Shown in pieces: positions 1-7,503 of a DNA stretch of 64,000 nucleotides (positions within the stretch are counted from its first letter, which is position 1; each line of letters starts with the position of its first letter). The stretch spans positions 68,801 to 132,800 of the forward strand of contig JBBDRS010000038.1 of the NCBI GenBank assembly GCA_040905325.1. The letters run 5' to 3'. The notes beneath the pieces were generated by a model. It saw only the letters and a list, made by a program, of their open reading frames with translations, had not been told where the DNA came from and did no database searches. Position numbers and translations under genes: made by a program. Source of the DNA: Gemmatimonadota bacterium. Its GTDB lineage: Bacteria; Gemmatimonadota; Gemmatimonadetes; Longimicrobiales; Gaopeijiaceae.

Positions 1-282
1 CTCAAGCGCCAAGAGGAGCCGGGTCGCGTGCCCGAGCGCCGCATCACAACTGCTGCGGTCCACCGGGAAATCTTGAATCCACATCGCCGAGCGGTTCACG
101 TCCGCGAGGGGGATGGCATCGAGTGAGGCCATGGATTCGGCCGGGATGATCTGCGGGGGAACTGATCCACCCATGTCTACCCACCTGGTATTGGTTGGCA
201 CGACCGCGCTCGCGAGGCCGCCCGGGCCGACGCCGATCAGCGCCGTCGCAAGAAACACCAACGTGCTACGCACTGCTCCCAT
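1..282 (-). CDS. hypothetical secreted protein, N-terminal part (gene runs off the window start)
   Basis: Own minus-strand translation from ATG at 282-280 gives MGAVRSTLVFLATALIGVGPGG..., a signal-peptide-like N-terminus. GAGGAG lies 6 nt upstream, third codon positions are GC-rich, and the frame is open to position 1. It is absent from the ORF track because it is truncated. Confidence 0.4.
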   Translation of the reverse strand, partial: MGAVRSTLVFLATALIGVGPGGLASAVVPTNTRWVDMGGSVPPQIIPAESMASLDAIPLADVNRSAMWIQDFPVDRSSCDAALGHATRLLLALE

Positions 283-315
283 CGTGAACTCCTCAACCGG
301 ATAATGTCCCCGCAG

Positions 316-555
316 TTACTCCCCGCCCGTCGGGTCGAGCTCACCGTCCAGAATCGCTCTTGCGACCTCCGGTCTCGAGTCGGCGAGATAGACCTCCAGT
401 GCCTGGAGCCACCAGGATATGAGAGTGAGTGGGCTCAGGCCACTCCGGTCGTCGGTCAGATCGAACTCGGCTCGCTTTACCAAAGCCTCGCATGCGTTGC
501 TCCCGTCCGAGCGCCTTCGCAGCTCGGCGAGGACCCAAGAAGTTGCAAAGCGCAT
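316..555 (-). CDS. hypothetical protein (79 aa)
   Basis: ORF-track ORF with GC-rich third positions. It ends 33 nt upstream of the next minus-strand start at 282, which suggests an operon. No recognisable motif. Confidence 0.35.
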   Translation of the reverse strand: MRFATSWVLAELRRRSDGSNACEALVKRAEFDLTDDRSGLSPLTLISWWLQALEVYLADSRPEVARAILDGELDPTGGE

Positions 556-576
556 TATCTCTTCCGTAGCAGACCT

Positions 577-816
577 TCAACCGCAGCCGGGCCGGGCTTG
601 CAGGCCGCCACCCGCGGCACCTACTAGGCCATAGAACGGGATCGTCTCGCCCGTCGAGTTGTCGACCGGCAACCAAACGCTGCCCCCTTCCGGAACGTAA
701 CAGGAGAGCACCGGGCGGTTAGTGAGGTTCCCAGCAGCGAACGGGAGGTCGTGGGAGGCGGAGCCGCTGGAAACCGTGCCACTGAAGGTGACCCGTGTGC
801 TACCTACCTCTCCTCG
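577..816 (-). pseudogene. 5'-truncated coding remnant (no usable start codon)
   Basis: Own translation gives ...GSTRVTFSGTVSSGSASHDLPFAAGNLTNRPVLSCYVPEGGSVWLPVDNSTGETIPFYGLVGAAGGGLQARPGCG*. Third positions are strongly GC-rich, but an in-frame TGA lies immediately upstream (817-819) and there is no ATG. It sits between a G-rich non-coding stretch and the IS. Confidence 0.3.
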
Positions 817-1015
817 TCAGCCCATCCCCCCGATCGCCGAGGGGCCATCCTCCGGAAAATGGGGAGGGGGTGGGGGCATCCCCGTCCGTGCTCGGGCGCG
901 ACTCTCCCGGGATACCGGCGCTGCGGGGCTTGCTGTGTACCTCCATGGAGGCTCGGTAATGCCGGGGGGGGGGTGGGGGGTGGAGGTCCTATCGGTGGGG
1001 CGGGTACGGACCGGG

Positions 1016-1054
1016 CACATGGGTAACAGGATGATCCGAGCACATGGGTAACAC
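1016..1054. repeat. left terminal repeat block of the IS (two direct copies of CACATGGGTAAC)
   Basis: Read directly: cacatgggtaacagg at 1016-1030 and cacatgggtaacac at 1041-1054. Confidence 0.7.
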
Positions 1055-1093
1055 TCAACGCAAACTGAGGCACCTTCAGCCAAGGGGTGCCCG

Positions 1094-2272
1094 ATGCCGT
1101 GGAGTGAGACGTGTCGAATGGAAGAACGGATGCGGTTCGTCCTGGAGGCCCTGGAGGGCTGGGACTCGATGAGCGAGCTGTGCGCCCGGTGCGGGATCAG
1201 CCGTCGGGTGGGCTACAAGTGGATCGATCGATACGAGCGCGAGGGCCTCGAGGGGCTGGCGGATCGGTCGCGGGCTCCGCATCGCCAGCGCGCGGCGACG
1301 CCGCCGGAGGTGGTGGAGGCGATCGTAGCCCTTCGGAAGGACCATCCCACCTGGGGGCCTCGGAAGCTGAAGGCGTGGCTGGAGCGGGCCAAGCCGCGAA
1401 CGCGGTGGCCGTCCTGCAGCACGATCGGCGCGATCCTGAAGCGGGAGGGTCTCACGCGCCCGCGCCGGCGCCGAACGCTCAAGCCGGGTGTGTGGCGCCC
1501 AGCTCGAACGGGGCCGGACGTGCCGAACCGGGTGTGGACGGCCGACTTCAAGGGCGAGTTCCGCCTCGGGTCCGGCCGCTTGTGCTACCCGCTCACCGTG
1601 CTGGACGCTCACAGCCGGTTCCTGCTCGAGTGTCGTGGGCTCCCGAGCACGGCGAACGCCGGCGCCCGCGCGGGGTTCGAGCGCGTCTTCCGGGGCTACG
1701 GGCTCCCGGAGGTCATCCGCACGGACAACGGCGTGCCGTTCAGCACGCAAGCCGTGGCCGGGCTGTCGCAGCTCGCGGTGTGGTGGATCCGGCTGGGCAT
1801 CCGGCTCGAGCGGGGCCGGCCGCGACATCCGGAAGACAACGGCGCCCACGAGCGCATGCACCGGACCCTGAAGGCCGAGGCGACTCGCGCGCCCGCCCGA
1901 ACTCGGGCGCTTCAGTAGCGGAGGTTCAACCACTTCCGCGAGATCTACAACGAGCAGCGGCCGCACGAGGCACTCGGGCAGGAGACGCCGGCCAGCCTCT
2001 ACTCGCCGTCGGAGCGATCGATGCCAAAGAAGCCGGAAGCGCTTTGCTATCCGGACCGCTTCGAGACGCGCCGCGTGAACAACCACGGCCAGGTCCGCTG
2101 GCGAGGTGAACAATACTTCGTGAGTGAGACCCTACGCGGCCAGCCCCTGGGCCTCGACTTCCAGGACTGCGGTGATTGGAATATCTACTTCGGTCCGTGT
2201 CTCGTCGCCGTTCTCGACGAGCAACACGGCCGTCTCCGGAGGATCGGTGCACGAGCTCGGAGACGACGTTAA
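1094..2272 (+). pseudogene. IS481-family DDE transposase interrupted by one in-frame TAG (1916-1918)
   Basis: ORFs 1094-1918 and 2021-2272 share a frame. The N-terminal part has an HTH region (ELCARCGISRRVGYKWIDRYEREG) and the core has rve-like motifs (VWTADFKG..., IRTDNGVPF). Read-through gives ...ALQ*RRFNHFREIYNEQRPHEALG..., the conserved integrase-core tail. Confidence 0.85.
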
Positions 2273-2286
2273 TGTCTCCTTTCGCC

Positions 2287-2320
2287 GTTACCCATGTGGT
2301 CGGTCAGAAGTGTTACCCAT
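2287..2320. repeat. right terminal repeat block of the IS (inverted copies GTTACCCATGTG / GTGTTACCCAT)
   Basis: Read directly: gttacccatgtg at 2287-2298 and gtgttacccat at 2310-2320. These are reverse complements of the left-end motif. Confidence 0.7.
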
Positions 2321-2591
2321 CTGCCAGTCCGGTCCGCGCCTGCCCAGCTCCCCTCCCGACTCCGTCCACGCATCTCGAGGACCAGAGCACCGGCTCGTCT
2401 GCGAATCGCGCAGCCTGTGACGCGCCCCCGGTCACGCCTTGGGACGTGGCGTCCCGGCGAACCGCAGCCGCCTCGTGCCTCCGGTACCCCGTGCCGCTCC
2501 TTCCATACGAGGGTGGCGCCGGGTTCCAGCTACGGACGGCCATGGCCGGTCCGCGGCGGGCGCGGTGCGGGCAAGAAGGAAGGGCGCGCGG

Positions 2592-3050
2592 TCACACCAC
2601 ATGGAGCCTCCCTGCCCGCTCGGCCTCCGTGCTCTCCATTCTCCCGCCCACCACCACCTCCTCCCGGTCGCGGATCCACGCGCGGAGTTCGCCTGCCGTG
2701 AACACGAGCGTGCCGTCCAACTTCCGGTGTGGGATCGGCTCGCCCTCGATCGCCCTGCCCGTCCTTCCGTAGACGAAGCTCTTCGGTCTCCCGAGGGCCT
2801 CCGCTACCTCGGCCACTCCGATCCGGGTCTCCGCCGGCACGAGCCACAGGCGCTCCCGCCATGTCCAGGGAGGTGACCCCTCCCGCTCCTCCTCTTGCGG
2901 CCCCCCTTCCCCGCCCTGGCCCTCCTCCTCGGCAATCGCCGTCAGGCACCGTGCCACCTCGGCAGCGTCAAGCGCGGTCCCCGGAGGCGCCGCCTGGCAC
3001 CAGGTGAGGAACTCGGCGAGGGTTGGGACGACCGGGGACGCCGTGTCCAT
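2592..3050 (-). CDS. excisionase/AlpA-like helix-turn-helix DNA-binding protein
   Basis: The C-terminal part RIGVAEVAEALGRPKSFVYGRT...IPHRKLDGTLVFTAGELRAWI matches the HTH_17/excisionase-type pattern. The ORF-track ORF runs to 3077; ATG at 3050 (MDTASP...) is taken as the start. Confidence 0.55.
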   Translation of the reverse strand: MDTASPVVPTLAEFLTWCQAAPPGTALDAAEVARCLTAIAEEEGQGGEGGPQEEEREGSPPWTWRERLWLVPAETRIGVAEVAEALGRPKSFVYGRTGRAIEGEPIPHRKLDGTLVFTAGELRAWIRDREEVVVGGRMESTEAERAGRLHVV

Positions 3051-3185
3051 TACGTGTCCACGACTCCGCAAGACCAATAACGGCGCGGCTTTCTGAAAGG
3101 CTGAGAATGCGTCATTATCTGCCCTACCCCCTCTCGGTCGTCCGACTCGATGCCGAGCGGGTCGGCGGGAGTCCGCGTCATCGGG

Positions 3186-3992
3186 CTACAGCTCCTCGGG
3201 GCGGACATGCCCACCGTCGCCGCCGGGGAAGGTCGGCTCGTCGCGCTCCTCCTGGACGAGCTCGCCGGGCCGGGGGGGCTTCCGATGCGTACCGCCGGTC
3301 TGCTCCGGGAGCGCCAAGCGCACCTTTTCCGCGTCCTCGCCGCCGTCCGCAATGATCGAGGCCAGGACCGCCTGCGGGTCCTCGCCGGCCGCAATTCGGG
3401 CCACCGCCACGTCCGGGAGCTTGGTGAAATCAACCTTTGCCACCACCGACCGAATGTCGACACGCCGGCTGTATCTGTTCGGGGCGTGCGACTCAGCCAA
3501 GCGCTCAAGGAGTCGGTCGGAATGTTCGCGCTCGGTGTAGATCCTCGGGAGAAAACCTTCACAATCGCGCTGCGGACTCGGGCCAGGCTCGCCCTCGGGG
3601 GTGAGAGGATGGTCCTCTCGGGCGCCGCCGCAGCGTTCGCACCAGCGAGGGTCGCGGGATGGTAGGCCGCTTTTCTTATCGAACCGGACACGCTCCACGC
3701 CGTGAACTCCACGCTCGATCATCGCGGCCTCGAGTACGTCGCCGTACATCTCCCGGGCCAGCTCAAGGGCCTCCTGGAACTCGGGGTCGAACCGCCACCC
3801 GGAGTTGTAGAGCGAATCGACGTGCAGCCCGCTCGCCCTTGCGGCCTCCCCCTTTTTTCCGCAAAGCGCGTAGGCTCTCAGGAAACCCCTCTTCCTTGGA
3901 TTCTCGATGTGCCGGAAGGCACTCTCCACCATCTCTTCCGCGCCTGCGGGCGTGGGGCTCCTGTCTGATCCGCTCACCCTCCCTCCTCCCAT
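3186..3992 (-). CDS. phage terminase small-subunit-like HTH protein
   Basis: The N-terminal pattern FLRAYALCGKKGEAARASGLHVDSLYNSGWRFDPEFQEALELAREMYGDVLEAAMIERGVHG followed by ...HSDRLLERLAESHAPNRYSRR resembles the common TerS layout (HTH, then E..RRA..G, then SD.LL..LLKA..P.KY). A Cys-containing insertion (CERCGG...) sits between them. The start could be ATG 3932. Confidence 0.45.
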   Translation of the reverse strand: MGGGRVSGSDRSPTPAGAEEMVESAFRHIENPRKRGFLRAYALCGKKGEAARASGLHVDSLYNSGWRFDPEFQEALELAREMYGDVLEAAMIERGVHGVERVRFDKKSGLPSRDPRWCERCGGAREDHPLTPEGEPGPSPQRDCEGFLPRIYTEREHSDRLLERLAESHAPNRYSRRVDIRSVVAKVDFTKLPDVAVARIAAGEDPQAVLASIIADGGEDAEKVRLALPEQTGGTHRKPPRPGELVQEERDEPTFPGGDGGHVRPEEL

Positions 3993-4099
3993 GCCTGGCG
4001 TTTGTTGTTACGGACACCGTCGTCCTGCGGCACGAGGGGCCACAGCCGGGCGGGCGCTGGGCGGGCGCAGCCAAGCATGAGGCGACCCTTCCGAACCCC

Positions 4100-4400
4100 G
4101 GATAGGGGTGCTTCCAATAGCACCCCCCCTATAGGGGGGTAGAGAGCACCCATAGCACCCGGCCTACTCTCCCAACGGTTTTCTATGGGTGTTTGTCGGA
4201 ATCCAGGACACCCATACTTTACCCCTCTCCCGCAACGGCTTTCTATGGGTGCCCGGTTGTTCACCCGGCCCACCCGGTCCACCCAGTCAGGGGCCTTTCC
4301 CTTGTCGCACAACGGATTTCTATGGGTGCGACCCCTAAACACCCGTACTTTTGCCTTGTGGCACAACGGGTTTCGAGGGATACGGGTGAAATGCGATACA
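4100..4400. repeat. iteron array / putative replication origin of the island
   Basis: Direct repeats of CAACGGnTTTCTATGGGTG occur at 4169-4191, 4227-4251 and 4304-4328, with a degenerate copy at 4358-4388. A companion motif ACACCCrTACTTT occurs at 4208-4221 and 4339-4352. Also present: an inverted half-site GCACCCATAG at 4146-4155, a hairpin GGGGTGC/GCACCCC at 4104-4125, and the 16-bp palindrome CCCCCCTATAGGGGGG at 4124-4139. Confidence 0.6.
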
Positions 4401-4425
4401 CCCGGGTACCCGGTCCCTGGCACTC

Positions 4426-5760
4426 TCATGATTCCCCCCCCGGCACGAGGAGCCCCCCGTCCAGTTCGTCGAGATCTCCCTCGCGCAGGCCCCGCTCGAT
4501 CACCGACCTCACAGTCTGGTCCCCGGCGCCCAGGACACCCAAGACCCCGCAGTACTTCTTGCGGATGGCGTAGCGGGTCAGTGAGCCCTTCTCCTTGAGG
4601 AGTTGCTGGATCCGGCCCACGATGACCACGTACTCCCGCTGCGCTTTTAGGTCCGCGTCCGCCGTGCTTGTTTTCTCGAGGGCAGCCGGCACGAGCACCC
4701 CGCCGGCCTCCCGTCGGAGCCACATCCCCGAGAAGGGCGGCGAGTAGTTCGATTTCGGGATCTCGAACCGGAGGTATCGGCTCGCCTCGTCCTCCTGGAG
4801 GCCGTAATCCTTCGCTTGGTCACGCCGGAGCCTCTGGAGGGTGGCGACCCAGCGCACGCCGTCGACGAGGGCGGTGGAGCCTCTGACGATTTCCTGACCG
4901 CCACCCTCCCGGATCCCCGTCTGTGAAATGTGGTGCAGGCCCAAGACCGTCGCGCCGGTTTCCCGTCGGATTACCTCGAGGGCTTCGACGAACCGAGTCG
5001 CATCTTCTTCCGTGTTTGCGCGGCCGCCACGCGAACGACTGATGGGATCGACGACGATGGCGCGTAGGTCGGGGATCTGCTGCGCGGTCGCGATCATGCG
5101 TCGGACGAGGTGCGTGTGGCGCACCTCCCCGTCGTGTCCCGCGCGGGTAAGCAGATTGTCCTCGGCGACCCGCGAAGCGATGTAGAGGCGTTCGGCCACC
5201 AGGGCACGCGGGAACGGCTCGCCGACTAGACGAGCCAGTCCCTCGTAGTGGGTGAGAAGCGTGCGCCCCCGTCGATGCAACTCGGCGTCGTCGTCCTCAG
5301 CAGCCAAATAAAGGAAGGAACCCGGCTCGCCCACCTGCATCCCGAGGAAGGGGATGCCTGCGGCAACGGAGAAGCCCAACTGAAGGGCCAAATTGGATTT
5401 CCCGGCACCGCCCATGGCAGCGAGGAGCCCGACCACGTCCAGTGGGAACACACCGTCGTCGCCGGCCCGTAGGAGCCAGCGGCGCGGCGGAGGATCCGAA
5501 GCCAAGTACCGCCCGAACCGGACTGATGCCGGGTCGAATAACGGTCTCGGCTCCGCGATCGCCTCCTGTACGAGCCGAGCCGCGTTAGGCACGCCGCGGT
5601 CCTCGAGCGCGCGCTGTGCGGCCGCGCCGAGTTCGGTCAGCATCGACCGCGCCGGTCGGTCTCCGTTGCGCGCGAGTTCCGCGAGGGCCTGAACCGCCTC
5701 GTCGGGGGGCCGCGTGCCAAAGCCCAACTCGTCCAGCGCCGCGCTGATCTCGTCTCTCAC
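4426..5760 (-). CDS. RecA-fold AAA_25/RepA-like replicative helicase with C-terminal winged-helix-like domain
   Basis: Walker A LLAAMGGAGKSNLALQL; Walker B-like LRAIVVDPISR. The LGLHHISQTG and STALVDGVRW motifs are typical of AAA_25 proteins of mobile elements. GTG start overlaps the Prim-Pol stop (GTGA). Confidence 0.75.
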   Translation of the reverse strand: MRDEISAALDELGFGTRPPDEAVQALAELARNGDRPARSMLTELGAAAQRALEDRGVPNAARLVQEAIAEPRPLFDPASVRFGRYLASDPPPRRWLLRAGDDGVFPLDVVGLLAAMGGAGKSNLALQLGFSVAAGIPFLGMQVGEPGSFLYLAAEDDDAELHRRGRTLLTHYEGLARLVGEPFPRALVAERLYIASRVAEDNLLTRAGHDGEVRHTHLVRRMIATAQQIPDLRAIVVDPISRSRGGRANTEEDATRFVEALEVIRRETGATVLGLHHISQTGIREGGGQEIVRGSTALVDGVRWVATLQRLRRDQAKDYGLQEDEASRYLRFEIPKSNYSPPFSGMWLRREAGGVLVPAALEKTSTADADLKAQREYVVIVGRIQQLLKEKGSLTRYAIRKKYCGVLGVLGAGDQTVRSVIERGLREGDLDELDGGLLVPGGES

Positions 5761-6758
5761 GATGCCTCCGCGAGGATGGCCCGCGCGCGCTTCGCGCGGG
5801 TCCGGGGGCCGATGTCCATCCCAAGCACACGGCGGGCGCTCCGTGCGGCCTCCCGAACGTCACCCCCGTGTTCGAGGATGGTCATGACCGAGAACGAATC
5901 GTGCGCGTGCCCGTCACCGAGAGGGCAAGAAGCGTGATGCGAGTAAGCACGACCGTCCAAGATCACAACACCGGGGTCACCGGTGGTCGAGCCAGGCGCC
6001 AGCCAGCGGTCACCCCGCTCCTGGTAGCCGTTCCGCGTGAGCACCGCACTGACGGGCACCCTCGCGTTCCAGGTATCGATGACCGATGGTCCGTCACCCC
6101 CACGCCGCGGCGTCGGGACCGAGGGTGCTTGTGCGGGCTCGGGCTCCGGGGGCGCCCATGGGCAGGCGCCCTCCATCGCGGGGCGGAGCGAGTCCCAGTC
6201 GACCCACAGCCGCAGCAGCGAGTCCGGAAGGAGGGGAATCTCTGCCCGGCTCGCCGGGGGGTCGCCGCCGAAACGGTACGGCATCCGTGTGCCTGGGTGC
6301 ATCGAGTAGGGGAGCACATCTTGGACGGCTCCAGCGCGGAGCTCGAAGATTGTCTCCAGCGCGCCAGATCCGTCCCGGGCCGGCCACCTAAGGGCGCGGT
6401 GGGAGAGGTCATGACCCTCGGGTACGCGACAGAAAAGCTTGGCCGGCTTCGCCGGATTGCCGACGACGGCCAGGCCGTCCCGCTCGAGGAGTGCCGTGTA
6501 ATCGATCCCTACCGAAGCGAAGGCGAGAACGATAAGGTCCGCGTCGGTGTCTCCGTCCACAGCACCCGTGCCGCTGAGTCCGTGGACGGCGCCAAGTCCA
6601 TAGCCCTGCCGCACGTATTCGTCCAAATCCTTGCCGGAGATCCGCCGGTGCTGCCACCCGCGAAGAAAGGCCCCCTTCCCTCGAACGGGCGTCAGAAAGA
6701 GGCCCAGCTCCGAGAAGTATCGACGAGCCCCGAGCAGGCGAGCGACGCGCCCCCTCAT
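5757..6758 (-). CDS. bifunctional DNA primase/polymerase (Prim-Pol) domain protein
   Basis: The N-terminal LFLTPVRGKGAFLRGWQHR...GLGAVHGLSG..VDGDTD pattern fits the Prim-Pol N-terminal domain. It lies directly upstream of, and is translationally coupled to, the helicase. Confidence 0.65.
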   Translation of the reverse strand: MRGRVARLLGARRYFSELGLFLTPVRGKGAFLRGWQHRRISGKDLDEYVRQGYGLGAVHGLSGTGAVDGDTDADLIVLAFASVGIDYTALLERDGLAVVGNPAKPAKLFCRVPEGHDLSHRALRWPARDGSGALETIFELRAGAVQDVLPYSMHPGTRMPYRFGGDPPASRAEIPLLPDSLLRLWVDWDSLRPAMEGACPWAPPEPEPAQAPSVPTPRRGGDGPSVIDTWNARVPVSAVLTRNGYQERGDRWLAPGSTTGDPGVVILDGRAYSHHASCPLGDGHAHDSFSVMTILEHGGDVREAARSARRVLGMDIGPRTRAKRARAILAEAS

Positions 6759-6829
6759 CGCCCGCCCTTGATGAGCCAGGCCAACCAGGCGAAGACGACC
6801 CGGATGCGAAAGCGGAGGGCCCGGAGCAT

Positions 6830-7195
6830 CTACAGATCCTCCCCGAGGTCTACGACCGGCCGGACCTCTCGCAGGGTGTATCCGGGATCGGCATTACTGC
6901 CGAGGCAGTGTGCTACCCGATGCCCATCCCCGTACCCAACCGGCGACCCCGGAGGGCCGGCGCCGTGCGTGTGCGGGCGGCCGCAGTAGGGGCAGGAGTC
7001 GATGCGTAGATAATCGTACTCTGGTCTCGGGATCCGGCGGGCCTCCACCACCGGAGGCCGGTCGAGCTCTGCGGCGATGTCGCGGAGGCGGGTCGCTGCG
7101 GTCGTGCGGGAAGTGACGCGCACCACGAACGGCTCGGCCAGGATCCCGGGGATCTCGACGCGGAGGGTTGTCGGTTCGGTCGTCGGCCGGATCAT
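6830..7195 (-). CDS. hypothetical protein with Cys/His cluster (CPYCGRPHTHG...HRVAHC)
   Basis: ORF-track ORF. Its ATG overlaps the RHH stop (ATGA). A possible zinc-ribbon-like motif is present but no family is recognised. Confidence 0.45.
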   Translation of the reverse strand: MIRPTTEPTTLRVEIPGILAEPFVVRVTSRTTAATRLRDIAAELDRPPVVEARRIPRPEYDYLRIDSCPYCGRPHTHGAGPPGSPVGYGDGHRVAHCLGSNADPGYTLREVRPVVDLGEDL

Positions 7196-7395
7196 CGGAC
7201 CCCGGCCGGGAGATCGAGAGTCTCGTCCGCGACCAGCTCCGCCCGGGCCGCGCGGAGGGCCGCCCCTCGGACATACGTCGACAGAGGAACCCCTCTCTGG
7301 CCCGCAGCCGCCTCGAGTAGGCGACGTTCATCGCTCCCCAAGCGGAGGGTCCACACCGGACGAGGCTCCCGATTCGTGATTTCTCTCCGTCCCAT
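7192..7395 (-). CDS. ribbon-helix-helix (CopG/MobC-like) small DNA-binding protein
   Basis: WTLRLGSDERRLLEAAAGQRGVPLSTYVRGAAL fits a beta-strand/helix/helix RHH pattern. ATG at 7395 is preceded by AAGGAG; the ORF track starts at TTG 7401. Confidence 0.5.
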   Translation of the reverse strand: MGRREITNREPRPVWTLRLGSDERRLLEAAAGQRGVPLSTYVRGAALRAARAELVADETLDLPAGVR

Positions 7396-7503
7396 TTGCA
7401 ACTCCTTGCGTATTGCGTTTCTCAGCGCACCGCGCTATGATGAGAACGTAAGGCACAGCGCATTGCCGCGCAAGTCATCGTCTATTGCACTTTCGGAGAA
7501 GCC
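7396..7503. promoter_or_regulatory. divergent control region between RHH and XRE genes with TTGC/ATTGC repeats
   Basis: GC is locally lower. TTGC occurs six times (7396-7417, 7462-7466, 7484-7488), including the palindrome TTGCcgcGCAA at 7463-7473. TATGAT at 7435-7440 is a possible -10. Confidence 0.35.

Larger units (their letters stand above)
1016..2320 (+). mobile_element. IS481-family insertion sequence (about 1.3 kb)
   Basis: A single DDE transposase gene is flanked by inverted copies of CACATGGGTAAC (left 1016-1027 and 1041-1052; right complement 2287-2298 and 2312-2320). Exact outer ends and the target duplication are not resolved. Confidence 0.75.

Noticed and set aside
304-627. A plus-strand 107-aa ORF overlapping 316-555.
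   Set aside because: The minus-strand ORF has better third-position GC bias and an operon-like junction with the downstream minus-strand gene. The plus-strand product is R/P/S-rich.
1916-1918. The in-frame TAG in the transposase as programmed recoding (pyrrolysine or suppression).
   Set aside because: There is no supporting context in the window: no Pyl genes and no recoding signal noticed. A single CAG-to-TAG transition in a mobile-element gene is the simpler explanation.
2444-2462. A possible attL: gtggcgtcccggcgaaccg resembles the tRNA-Cys 3' end (gaggcgccgcccggattcgaaccg).
   Set aside because: The match needs two indels and mismatches, whereas genuine att repeats are normally exact. It is kept only as a weak boundary hint inside the island finding and is not reported as a feature.
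4100-4400. Whether the repeat array could be a small CRISPR.
   Set aside because: The repeats are ~19-25 nt with irregular 54-77-bp periodicity. Secondary motifs are shared between the 'spacers', inverted copies are present, and there are no cas genes. It fits iterons, not CRISPR.
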